DNA of 24,000 nucleotides from Eubacteriales bacterium (GCA_031549105.1 JAVBQK010000075.1:22503-46502), one strand, 5' to 3'. Counted from the first letter of the stretch, positions 6,962 through 13,689 are shown. The notes: generated by a model from the sequence alone, not told the origin. A program made the numbers and translations.

Positions 6962-7666
6962 CTAGTCGCCCTTGGCTCCTGCCGCGCCTGTTTTGCCCCT
7001 GGGCAACACCGCCCTGTACCGCCGCGCCTGCGCCGTGCTGCCCGGCAATTCCACAAACGCCGCCTCGGTATCCGTTTCCGCCGCCACCGCCTCGTCGATG
7101 GTCAGCGTCGCGGCCTCGCCCTCCGGCCCGATGAACGCCCCGGTTTCGTAGTCCTCTTTAACCTGCTCATACAGCGCCGCCCGTTCGTCTTCGTTCTCTT
7201 TGGCCTCCGCCTCCAGCACCGCCAGCCGCCGCATGGCCTCCGTCAGCCCCGTATACTCATCCGTCGATTCAATCAGCGCATCCGGGTACAGCACATCTTC
7301 GATGTACACGTCAAAGCGTGGTGTGGTCAGCACCTCGCCGTCTTTGCCGTATACCGTCAGTTCACATTCCAGCAGTCCCGCAGCGGCCAGCATTTGCTCC
7401 GTCATCACCTGTTCAATCACGTTCCCGCGCGTCGCGCAGTCGTTGAACAGGATCGTCCCGTCAGGCTTCACCCCGCGCAGCACGCCCAGCGTACCCTCCG
7501 CCAGCGGCATCGGGTTCGTTCCGCTGAACAGGCGCACGCGCAGCATCCGCACGTGCCGGTCGCCGCGTTTTACCGCCACCGATGCCTGACTGCCCATCCT
7601 GCCCACGTCCAGCCGGAGATCATACGGAATGAGTTCCACAAAAGCACCCCCATATTCACGCGCCAA
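6962..7666 (-). CDS. Baseplate upper protein-like N-terminal (BppU_N Ig-like) domain + coiled-coil + first collagen triplets; terminated by an in-frame TAG
   Basis: The pattern LRLDVG...RMLRVRLFSGTNPMPLAEGT..VKPDGT...G.VEQV.TEQML...G....ELTVYG.DG.VLTTPRFDVYIEDV resembles BppU_N. It ends ...GKTGAAGAKGD-TAG. The start is uncertain: TTG 7666 has no RBS, while GTG 7639 follows GGGGGTG. Confidence 0.7.
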   Translation of the reverse strand: MAREYGGAFVELIPYDLRLDVGRMGSQASVAVKRGDRHVRMLRVRLFSGTNPMPLAEGTLGVLRGVKPDGTILFNDCATRGNVIEQVMTEQMLAAAGLLECELTVYGKDGEVLTTPRFDVYIEDVLYPDALIESTDEYTGLTEAMRRLAVLEAEAKENEDERAALYEQVKEDYETGAFIGPEGEAATLTIDEAVAAETDTEAAFVELPGSTAQARRYRAVLPRGKTGAAGAKGD

Positions 7667-7673
7667 CGCAATG

Positions 7674-7722
7674 AAAAGCGCGCCCTGATCTGGCTTTCAC
7701 CTTATCAGAACGCGCCTTTTTT
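7674..7722 (-). terminator. Bidirectional stem-loop terminator between the cargo island and the fibre module
   Basis: GCGCGCCCTGAT (7678-7689) pairs with ATCAGAACGCGC (7704-7715). The two non-Watson-Crick positions become G-U pairs in the minus-strand RNA. T/A tracts lie on both sides (AAAA 7674-7677, TTTTTT 7717-7722). Confidence 0.55.
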
Positions 7723-7746
7723 CGCTCCCTGTTTGGGGGACTTTAT

Positions 7747-8208
7747 TCAAACGTCGATCATCACAACATCCCGATCCCGCGCGTGGGCATAGTTCACCGT
7801 GTAGTACGTCCCGCCGCCCTCGCGCCCGTCATACACGGCAATCACCCGCGTGGACATATCCACCATGAACCGGTTTCGGGTGAAAAAACACTCCGGTGTA
7901 TAGACTTCGCTGTGCACGCTGATCACGTCGCACTGTACCAGCAGCGCATGAAACTGCTCGGATAGGCATTTTACGCGCCCTTGATAGGGGAGCGCCGCTT
8001 CCAGCCGGATTTCCGGGTGTAACAGCCTCCGCCTGACCACAATCTCCGCAAACAGCAAGTCTGCGCCGTCCGCAAACCCGCTGATGAAGTGCACAAAGCC
8101 GTCCCCAATGGCGTCCAACACCGCTTGCTCCAGGCGCACGCTCACCTCAAACAGCTTATCCTTTGGAATGTTTCGATGCCCTGTCACGCAGCAGGTTCTT
8201 TGCATCAT
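7747..8208 (-). CDS. DUF1273 / YpsA-like SLOG-superfamily protein
   Basis: MMQRTCCVTGHRNIP..., then GFADGADLLFAE, then GREGGGTYYTV, which is the Rossmann-like SLOG pattern of the YpsA/YoqJ family. The start is set at ATG 8208, preceded by AAGGAAG; the ORF itself opens at 8229. Confidence 0.7.
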   Translation of the reverse strand: MMQRTCCVTGHRNIPKDKLFEVSVRLEQAVLDAIGDGFVHFISGFADGADLLFAEIVVRRRLLHPEIRLEAALPYQGRVKCLSEQFHALLVQCDVISVHSEVYTPECFFTRNRFMVDMSTRVIAVYDGREGGGTYYTVNYAHARDRDVVMIDV

Positions 8209-8238
8209 GTCGTAACTTCCTTTGTGCATGTTATTCGA

Positions 8239-8553
8239 TCATGGACGGTGATTTTCATGCCGTTGGCACACATCCCGCACCGCCTGCGCCTCGTCCTCCG
8301 TCAATGCCCGCACGCTGGCCCACCCGCGCCCCTTCACGAACGTCATCCAGTGAAGCTGCCCGTCCATCGCGGAACAGACGCATTCCGCTGTACGGCCCTG
8401 ACCATAGGGGATGCAAGCATACAGTTCCCGGCTGCCGAAAAGCTCCCTTTCCAGCAGCCGGAACATTGTCCCATCCGGCAAGGGGATTTCATGCAGCGTT
8501 TCCAACGCTCGCACCCTTTGCAACGGTTTCCACCGCATAGCGTTTGCCTTCAT
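8239..8553 (-). CDS. Hypothetical protein
   Basis: ORF 8239..8574. The internal ATG 8553 is preceded by GAAGGGG at 8 nt. No recognisable motif. A stem-loop GGGAGCG-N9-CGCTCCC (8577-8600) lies just upstream. Confidence 0.45.
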   Translation of the reverse strand: MKANAMRWKPLQRVRALETLHEIPLPDGTMFRLLERELFGSRELYACIPYGQGRTAECVCSAMDGQLHWMTFVKGRGWASVRALTEDEAQAVRDVCQRHENHRP

Positions 8554-8692
8554 GGTGTAAGCCCCTTCTATCATGTGGGAGCGCCCTGAAGGACGCTCCC
8601 GGTCGGTAAAGGATGGCGGCGATTCGCCGGGTGAAGGTCGAAGGTGGAGAGCATGGAAGCGTCTTCCGCCTACGAAAGATAAATCAACGGAA

Positions 8693-9103
8693 CTAGGCTC
8701 GTGCTGCCTTTGAAGCGGTTTGGGGGTAACGCCATTCGGTGGTGCCCTGGTAAACGACCTTAACCGTGGCGCGCGCCCGGTAGCTGACGCCTGGGGTGCC
8801 CGTGTAGGTTAAGCTGTCATAGTTGCTGTAAGCATCACTTTTCAGGTTGCTGGCCTTCGATGCCACGACCACCCAGCTTCCATTGCGCAGTTCCTCAATG
8901 ACAAAGGTGGTGAAGCCTACCGTAGACGCCTGTTCGTCACAGGTGACGGAAACGCCCGCCTCCATAAACCCACCCGCGTACATGTCCAGGGAAATGCTGT
9001 AGGTACGAATCACAGGGCTGGCATCCGCCAGGGCGGTGGTCACGCTGGTCATGCCGATCAAACAACAGACTGCGCACAGCAGAGCAATAGCTTTCGTTTT
9101 CAT
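8693..9103 (-). CDS. Secreted/exported beta-rich protein (signal peptide), co-operonic with the sigma/anti-sigma ORF
   Basis: N-terminus MKTKAIALLCAVCCLIGMTSVTTALA has a signal peptide/lipobox-like shape. Its ATG overlaps the upstream TGA (ATGA at 9100-9103). Confidence 0.6.
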   Translation of the reverse strand: MKTKAIALLCAVCCLIGMTSVTTALADASPVIRTYSISLDMYAGGFMEAGVSVTCDEQASTVGFTTFVIEELRNGSWVVVASKASNLKSDAYSNYDSLTYTGTPGVSYRARATVKVVYQGTTEWRYPQTASKAARA

Positions 9104-10515
9104 GGGTTGTCATCCTCCATACTTTCAATCATTTGTGTTAGGTCCTCTTGGCTGATGCTGCCCGATATGACAACCACATAGGGCGGCACGATGTACTGCG
9201 CGGACCGGCGGGCAAGATTATCGAAGATGGACACCGTTATGCCGTTTACTTCCTTGGTTGATTGTGTTCGCGCATCCTTTTCCGCATTGAACGATACGAC
9301 GCCGTTATCTGAATCGTACCGGCTAATCTGGATGGAAAAGCCTGCGTCATTCCCTTGATATCTGGCCGTCGCCTCCCATCTGGTGCGGGTGAAATCTACC
9401 GCATCCACCGTGGTGAGGCTGTAGCCTTCCGGTATCCAGCACGGCAGCATGACCCGGACATTGTCCTGGTTCAGTACATCCACGAAATCCACGCCGAGTG
9501 CATCGCCATAGGTGCGCGGCTCCAGGGATACCTGCTGAGTGGCTTCAATCTCCGACTGCACTTGTTCGGCCCCGAACAGCGTGGATACGATCCACGGACG
9601 GAACGCCGCAAAGCAGATGGACCCCAACAGCAGAATCAGCAACAGCGTGACCAGGATCACGCGGACATGCCTGGAGTGGATCACATGGCGGTGCACATCC
9701 TGATTGATCCATGCCTCAATGGCGGTCCACGCCTGTTCCTGCCTCTCCTGCGAAAGCGCTTCGATCCGGTATGTCAATACCAGTGAACACAGCCGCAACA
9801 CCGCAGCGTTGATGCTTTGCCATGCCTTGGCGCTTTCGTGGTCGCGGATCGCGGCGACCATGGAGAAGGTCAGAAACCGATGGTCATCGGAACGGCTGCC
9901 AGATTTCCGATCATTGCCCGCTCCATGATTGTCACCTCCGCTTTGTGATTCCTCGAAGCCGGAAAGCATTACACACAAAACCAGGAAAATAATGAAATTG
10001 GCGTTGCGCAGCGGCTTGATAATCCGATGTACCCTTGTGCGCAGTGCGGAAATGCTAATGCCCAACCGATCAGCAAGCGCCTCGCTGGTGATATTGGTAT
10101 CGAAATAGTCCAGCAGGAACAGGTAGTTCGCTTCACCAATTACCCCAATGATCTGCTCCTTTTGCTCCTGGAGCAGCAACAGCGCTTCCGGGTCAACATC
10201 CGCTGCATCCGGGCAGGCATCCGCGTTTTCGTTGACTGTGCCTGCATGGCGCTGTGCCCGGCGATTGTGCTTGCTGCCCGCCGATCTGGTCTTGTTGAAA
10301 GTGGTTTTGAATAACCACCCGACTATATTCTCGTGTGTGCGCAATGACGCGCGCTTTTGCCATAACAGGCGAAATACATCCTGTACGATGTCTTCCACTT
10401 CCTGGCGAATGACGGAATCGCCAGGGGAAACCATGGAACCTGCATACCGGCATAGGCTCTGATAGTTTTCTTCGAATAACTGCCTGTGCCATGAGTGGTA
10501 GCCCTCCTCCTCCAA
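9100..10515 (-). CDS. Sigma-70/ECF-like sigma factor fused in one ORF to a transmembrane anti-sigma-like region with a DUF4367-like C-terminal domain
   Basis: Region 2-like EDIVQDVFRLLWQKR...NIVGWLFKTTFN and region 4 HTH SEALADRLGISISALRTRVHRI. These are followed by a hydrophobic segment, a Gly/Ser/Asp linker, TM helix VILVTLLLILLLGSICFAAF and a ~170-aa extracytoplasmic domain. TTG start at 10515 with AAGGA 9 nt upstream. Confidence 0.65.
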   Translation of the reverse strand: MEEEGYHSWHRQLFEENYQSLCRYAGSMVSPGDSVIRQEVEDIVQDVFRLLWQKRASLRTHENIVGWLFKTTFNKTRSAGSKHNRRAQRHAGTVNENADACPDAADVDPEALLLLQEQKEQIIGVIGEANYLFLLDYFDTNITSEALADRLGISISALRTRVHRIIKPLRNANFIIFLVLCVMLSGFEESQSGGDNHGAGNDRKSGSRSDDHRFLTFSMVAAIRDHESAKAWQSINAAVLRLCSLVLTYRIEALSQERQEQAWTAIEAWINQDVHRHVIHSRHVRVILVTLLLILLLGSICFAAFRPWIVSTLFGAEQVQSEIEATQQVSLEPRTYGDALGVDFVDVLNQDNVRVMLPCWIPEGYSLTTVDAVDFTRTRWEATARYQGNDAGFSIQISRYDSDNGVVSFNAEKDARTQSTKEVNGITVSIFDNLARRSAQYIVPPYVVVISGSISQEDLTQMIESMEDDNP

Positions 10516-10576
10516 AGATTCTCATCCTTGCTGCAACGTTTGCGGTCTTGACGGCATAGCTGGGTAGAATGCTGTT

Positions 10577-10653
10577 AGTATACCTTGACATGAAAGAAAA
10601 GTAAATATATTAAGTGAAAACATTCTGCAAATGCGAATAGCTTTGTATTTGCA
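10577..10653. promoter_or_regulatory. Divergent promoter/operator region (sigma operon leftward, XRE gene rightward)
   Basis: Plus strand: TTGACA (10585-10590), 17 nt, TATTAA (10608-10613). Minus strand: TTTACT (10600-10605), 17 nt, TATACT (10577-10582). An inverted repeat TGCAAAT-N14-ATTTGCA spans 10626-10653. Confidence 0.4.
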
Positions 10654-10694
10654 ACCAAAGTTATCCTGTATCAATATAGATAGGGAGGGATCAT

Positions 10695-11033
10695 ATGACA
10701 GCGGAAAAGCTTGCTGCGCGCATCAAAGATATACGCTTGTCGATGAATCTCTCGCAGTTTGATTTTGCGGCAATGTGCGGGCTTAATCCAGGCAACATAA
10801 GTATTCTTGAAGCTGGAAAATCAACCAATATGACGTTTGGAACTTTGAGCAAGATAGCGGACGGACTTCAAATTCACGTAAGCGAACTGCTGGCTGAAAA
10901 GGAACCAAATATTCCAGAAAAGGACCCTTGGATTAACAAGGTCACAACGTGCATGAAGCCGCTTTCTGATATAGAACGTAAAAGAGTATTTGAACTGGTA
11001 CGGAGTGCCGTAATGCTTCGTGAAGGGAAATAA
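10695..11033 (+). CDS. XRE-family helix-turn-helix transcriptional regulator
   Basis: HTH_3 pattern IKDIRLSMNLSQFDFAAMCGLNPGNISILEAGKSTNMTFGTLSKIADGLQIHVSELL. RBS GGGAGGG lies 5 nt before the ATG. Confidence 0.85.
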   Translation: MTAEKLAARIKDIRLSMNLSQFDFAAMCGLNPGNISILEAGKSTNMTFGTLSKIADGLQIHVSELLAEKEPNIPEKDPWINKVTTCMKPLSDIERKRVFELVRSAVMLREGK

Positions 11034-11066
11034 AAAACTGCTTGTTCACACAGGCAGTTTTCTATT
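11034..11066 (+). terminator. Bidirectional rho-independent terminator between the convergent XRE and toxin genes
   Basis: AAAACTGCTTGT-TCAC-ACAGGCAGTTTT (one G-U pair), flanked by A- and T-runs. Confidence 0.65.
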
Positions 11067-11111
11067 TCGCCAGCACGAAGGGAAAAATCATGCAGTAGAA
11101 TGTTATTGCGT

Positions 11112-11420
11112 TTAGTTAGTAGGTCCCATATGCCGCTTCGTATCCATCGATGAACGAAACACGTTGTAAACGCGAATCAAGCCTTTTTCCTCGATAACGC
11201 GGTAAAAGACATTGTATTCTCCAACTACCATCCGCCGAACGGCAGGGCGATCAGGATAGACAACATAGCGGTATGGGAAGTTCACTAAATCCTCGGCATG
11301 ATCAAAAATATCACCGAGGATTTTATCTGCCACTTCTTCCGAGGCGTTTTCCTCAAGATACTTTCTAATGGAAAGCAGGTTCTCTATGGCTTGATCTTGC
11401 CATTCGATCGTATACTGCAT
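11112..11420 (-). CDS. Type II toxin, ParE/RelE superfamily
   Basis: 102-aa ORF with a ParE-like layout (MQYTIEWQDQAIENLLSIRKYL...FPYRYVVYPDRPAVRRMVVGEYNVFYRVIEEKGLIRVYNVF). It starts 4 nt after the antitoxin stop. Confidence 0.75.
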   Translation of the reverse strand: MQYTIEWQDQAIENLLSIRKYLEENASEEVADKILGDIFDHAEDLVNFPYRYVVYPDRPAVRRMVVGEYNVFYRVIEEKGLIRVYNVFRSSMDTKRHMGPTN

Positions 11421-11423
11421 CTC

Positions 11424-11729
11424 TTACAACCCAAGCCTTTTTCTGGCCTCCTGGCTGGAAAACCACTTCGTGCTGGGGTCGTTCTCTCTGGTGAGGGACT
11501 TGTCGATTTCACCGTTAACAAACTCCCGGTAGTGCATCGCTGACAGGGCGTTCATAATATTGTTGTATTCATCCTCCGACAGAATGACAGCGTTTCGGTT
11601 GTGGGGCCTGGAAACGATAAAGGTTTCACCATTGGCCGCCAGGTCTAGAACCTCTCTTGTTCTGGTCTTTAGGTCATCGCTCCTAATGGCTCTCACTTGA
11701 AACAAATCCCCTTCCGTGCTAAAATTCAT
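11424..11729 (-). CDS. Type II antitoxin, Phd/YefM-like N-terminal domain
   Basis: ...RAIRSDDLKTRTREVLDLAANGETFIVSRPHNRNAVILSEDEYNNI matches the Phd/YefM fold pattern. The start is ambiguous: ATG 11729 would be near-leaderless, while GTG 11696 is preceded by GGAAGGGG. Confidence 0.7.
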   Translation of the reverse strand: MNFSTEGDLFQVRAIRSDDLKTRTREVLDLAANGETFIVSRPHNRNAVILSEDEYNNIMNALSAMHYREFVNGEIDKSLTRENDPSTKWFSSQEARKRLGL

Positions 11730-11762
11730 ACTAATTTTAGCACGGAAATTGAGAATGGTCAA
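11714..11762 (-). promoter_or_regulatory. TA-operon promoter with an embedded 13-bp perfect inverted repeat (operator candidate)
   Basis: Minus strand: TTGACC (11757-11762), 17 nt, TAAAAT (11734-11739). The IR CCGTGCTAAAATT (11714-11726) / AATTTTAGCACGG (11733-11745) overlaps the -10 box and ATG 11729. Confidence 0.55.
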
Positions 11763-11913
11763 GTGTCGTCCAAGTGGAAACCTTTTGTGTCATGCCCTTT
11801 AATCCGTCGATATGTTACAGATGCTGCAAATCCAAACCAATCTTTGGTATGGGAAGCGAATAGCAACACAAAACCTAACTCATCACAAGATGGTTTTCCT
11901 CTGCCTCTACCTA

Positions 11914-11954
11914 TATAAAACAGACCCGTCGCCAACCAGCCTTGGCAACGGGTC
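11914..11954 (-). terminator. Rho-independent terminator of the hgc operon
   Basis: 13-bp stem GACCCGTCGCCAA / TTGGCAACGGGTC with one mismatch and a 6-nt loop. On the minus strand it is followed by TGTTTTAT, ~25 nt after the hgcB stop. Confidence 0.65.
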
Positions 11955-11978
11955 CGCCCAATTACTCCATACCTACGT

Positions 11979-12269
11979 TCAGCAGCAATCGCCCCCGGAA
12001 CAATCGCAGCTAGGCTCCGTACCCGTCAGCCATCCCCTGATGATCGCGCTGGCGCAGCCCACGTTCGCATCCACCGTTATGGCGCGCACCGGGCAATTGC
12101 GCGCACACGCCCCGCATTCCATGCAGCGGTTCTTCTCAACAATCTGCGCCTTGCCATCGTTTACGGCAAACACCCGATGCGGACAGACCACTTTGCACAT
12201 GCCACAGCCCACGCATTTCTCCTGGTCCAGGTGGAGCGAGGCAACATCCTTCAAATATGTATGTGTCAT
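11979..12269 (-). CDS. hgcB: HgcB, 2x[4Fe-4S] ferredoxin of the mercury-methylation pair
   Basis: 96 aa starting at ATG 12269 (RBS GGAGG). It has CVGCGMCKVVCP and the HgcB-type CMECGACARNCP motif, and a C-terminal SCDCSGGDCC ending in a vicinal Cys pair. It begins 8 nt after hgcA. The rest of the 270-aa track ORF is an out-of-frame overlap with hgcA. Confidence 0.85.
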   Translation of the reverse strand: MTHTYLKDVASLHLDQEKCVGCGMCKVVCPHRVFAVNDGKAQIVEKNRCMECGACARNCPVRAITVDANVGCASAIIRGWLTGTEPSCDCSGGDCC

Positions 12270-12277
12270 AATGCCTC

Positions 12278-13333
12278 CTACCCAATAAAGCTTTTCACTG
12301 CCAACAGCACGATGCCAACGCCGACCGAAACCGCCATGAACGGGATCGCCGTCTTCATTTCCTTGGTTACGCCGGAAAAAGAAGTATAGGTGGATGAACC
12401 GGTAAAGTTCATCGCCAGATATGCCGATACGGGTGGCAAGGCAAATATGTATCCAGCGGCGAGCATCCATGACTGGGCGGTCAACCAGCCGTTTAGCCAT
12501 ACGGTGCAGAGCGCCCAAACGATGCCCAATAGCCACCCCTTCCAGGCGAATGCCGTGCCGGGAATCCAAGGCAACAGCACGGGTGTCATCACCGCGCCCA
12601 CCACAACGGCTCCGATATAAGCAACAACGTCCGATACGCCAAACGGCCTTGCTACAAACAGGTTCAACAGGAAAAGAACGCCGAACAGCAGCAAAGATTT
12701 CTTTGCGGCGGTTGTGAACTCGATGGGCGTCAGCACCAATCGATCCAATGTGGTGAACTGCACAGTCCGCATTTCCTCCGTTGCCTTGCACCCGGCATCC
12801 AGGTATGCCTTGAAGTCGTGGGCGCGGACAGGGCCATAGGAAACGGAAAAACCGGAGCGTTGCATAACCTCATGTGCGCTGACCCCGACAGCTCCGAGCT
12901 GTGGCAGGATCAACCTGCGATGGGTAACGGCTTTGGATAGCCCGGTTCTTTTGATGCGGTTGACCAGTTCATTCGTTCCAAACGTGCCCTTACCAGCAGC
13001 GCACCACACATTTACGCCTTTCGTATCCAGAATGAGCAGCCAGCAGTTGAGGCCGGTCAACTCTTTCCGAAGGGCATCAAACGTCAGCTTATAGTTGGCG
13101 CTCACCAATACAGGGGATTCGCCGTCTGGGGTGCCCACCGCGTAAAGCCCCGGTTTCACGGTATAGCGCATGCGGCCAATGCCCCAGCGCACTTTCCACC
13201 CTCCAAGCCTATCCTTGAACGTAAGGCGTGTGGAAACCGTTTCAAACTTTGCATCCGATCCGCCTGAACAGCAGCAGCCATCAGAAGAACAACTGCGGGG
13301 CTTTCTTTCGATGCGTATGCCGGTCATCTTCAT
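12278..13333 (-). CDS. hgcA: HgcA, corrinoid protein of the mercury-methylation pair (cap-helix domain + 5 TM helices)
   Basis: Contains GVNVWCAAGKGTFGT, matching the diagnostic N[VI]WCA[AG]GK motif. Flanking conserved blocks are RLTFKDRLGGWKVRWGIGR, YTVKPGLYAVG and PVLVSANYKLTFDALRKEL. Five C-terminal hydrophobic helices. ATG 13333 has GGAGG 8 nt upstream. Confidence 0.9.
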   Translation of the reverse strand: MKMTGIRIERKPRSCSSDGCCCSGGSDAKFETVSTRLTFKDRLGGWKVRWGIGRMRYTVKPGLYAVGTPDGESPVLVSANYKLTFDALRKELTGLNCWLLILDTKGVNVWCAAGKGTFGTNELVNRIKRTGLSKAVTHRRLILPQLGAVGVSAHEVMQRSGFSVSYGPVRAHDFKAYLDAGCKATEEMRTVQFTTLDRLVLTPIEFTTAAKKSLLLFGVLFLLNLFVARPFGVSDVVAYIGAVVVGAVMTPVLLPWIPGTAFAWKGWLLGIVWALCTVWLNGWLTAQSWMLAAGYIFALPPVSAYLAMNFTGSSTYTSFSGVTKEMKTAIPFMAVSVGVGIVLLAVKSFIG

Positions 13334-13644
13334 TCGCAACACCTCCGATCCTCTACTTCCACTACCGAAACGGCGGTGAGCTTTTCCAGCAGTTCAGAGG
13401 CATACGCGCTGCCGCTTTCGCTGATGGAATAGTGCGTCCACTTTCCTTCCTTGCGCAGCGAAACAATGCCGCTTTCACACATGATTTTCATGTGGTGGGA
13501 TAGGGTTGGCTGGGTAATGCTCAACTTTTCCAGCAGCACACAGGCGCACTTTTCACCGCTTTGCAGCATTTCCAGGATGGCCAGACGGTTCTCATCGCAA
13601 AGTGCTTTGAACACCTTGGCGTGGCTGGAATGGCGGTTATCCAC
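13330..13644 (-). CDS. ArsR/SmtB-family metalloregulator, translationally coupled to hgcA
   Basis: FKALCDENRLAILEML..GEKCACVLLEKLSITQPTLSHHMKIMCESGIVSLRKEGKWTHYSI is a winged HTH with a CxC pair at the alpha3 position. The C-terminus is ...RRCCE. GTG start with GAGG 7 nt upstream. Its stop overlaps the hgcA ATG (ATGA). Confidence 0.85.
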   Translation of the reverse strand: MDNRHSSHAKVFKALCDENRLAILEMLQSGEKCACVLLEKLSITQPTLSHHMKIMCESGIVSLRKEGKWTHYSISESGSAYASELLEKLTAVSVVEVEDRRCCE

Positions 13645-13689
13645 TGCATCACCTCATATCGACAATCATCTATTTGTAGGCCCTGCCAT

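Noticed and set aside
2518-7666. A diversity-generating retroelement acting on the fibre/propeller genes.
   Set aside because: There is no reverse transcriptase, no template/variable repeat pair with adenine-specific differences, and no C-type-lectin-like variable region in the window. The repeat similarity is explained by paralogy.
6008-7792. 594-aa plus-strand ORF, and similar long plus-strand ORFs (e.g. 1539-2369, 2469-2943, 14179-14628, 20263-21625).
   Set aside because: These are shadow ORFs antisense to strongly supported minus-strand genes in very GC-rich DNA. Their translations are low-complexity Arg/Pro/Ala/Ser strings with no motifs, no RBS and no independent signals.
8577-8600. 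Stem-loop GGGAGCG-N9-CGCTCCC as a terminator.
   Set aside because: There is no T-tract on either strand. It sits just upstream of the RBS of the 8553 ORF, so its function, if any, is unclear and it is not called as a feature.
1183-8695. Genome-wide TAG reassignment (amber-to-Gln recoded phage) as the explanation for the in-frame TAG at 6962.
   Set aside because: There is only one in-frame TAG in ~20 kb of coding sequence. In the same operon the holin gene ends on TAG (1183-1185) immediately followed by a terminator hairpin, and the secreted-protein gene also stops on TAG (8693-8695). Local suppression or a plain nonsense mutation remains possible; see the finding.
10470-10591. A GGAGGAGGAGG 'super-RBS' followed by an ATG in the alternative frame (ORF 10193..10591), suggesting a frameshifted sigma N-terminus.
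   Set aside because: The GAG repeats are Glu codons (EEE) of the sigma ORF itself. The alternative frame encodes Arg/Cys-rich nonsense. A TTG start at 10515 with AAGGA 9 nt upstream gives a normal sigma N-terminus.
12270-12791. Upstream 174 aa of the 270-aa ORF 11979..12791.
   Set aside because: It is an out-of-frame overlap with the hgcA TM domain. Only the last 96 aa (from ATG 12269 with GGAGG) form the ferredoxin, which matches the usual HgcB size.
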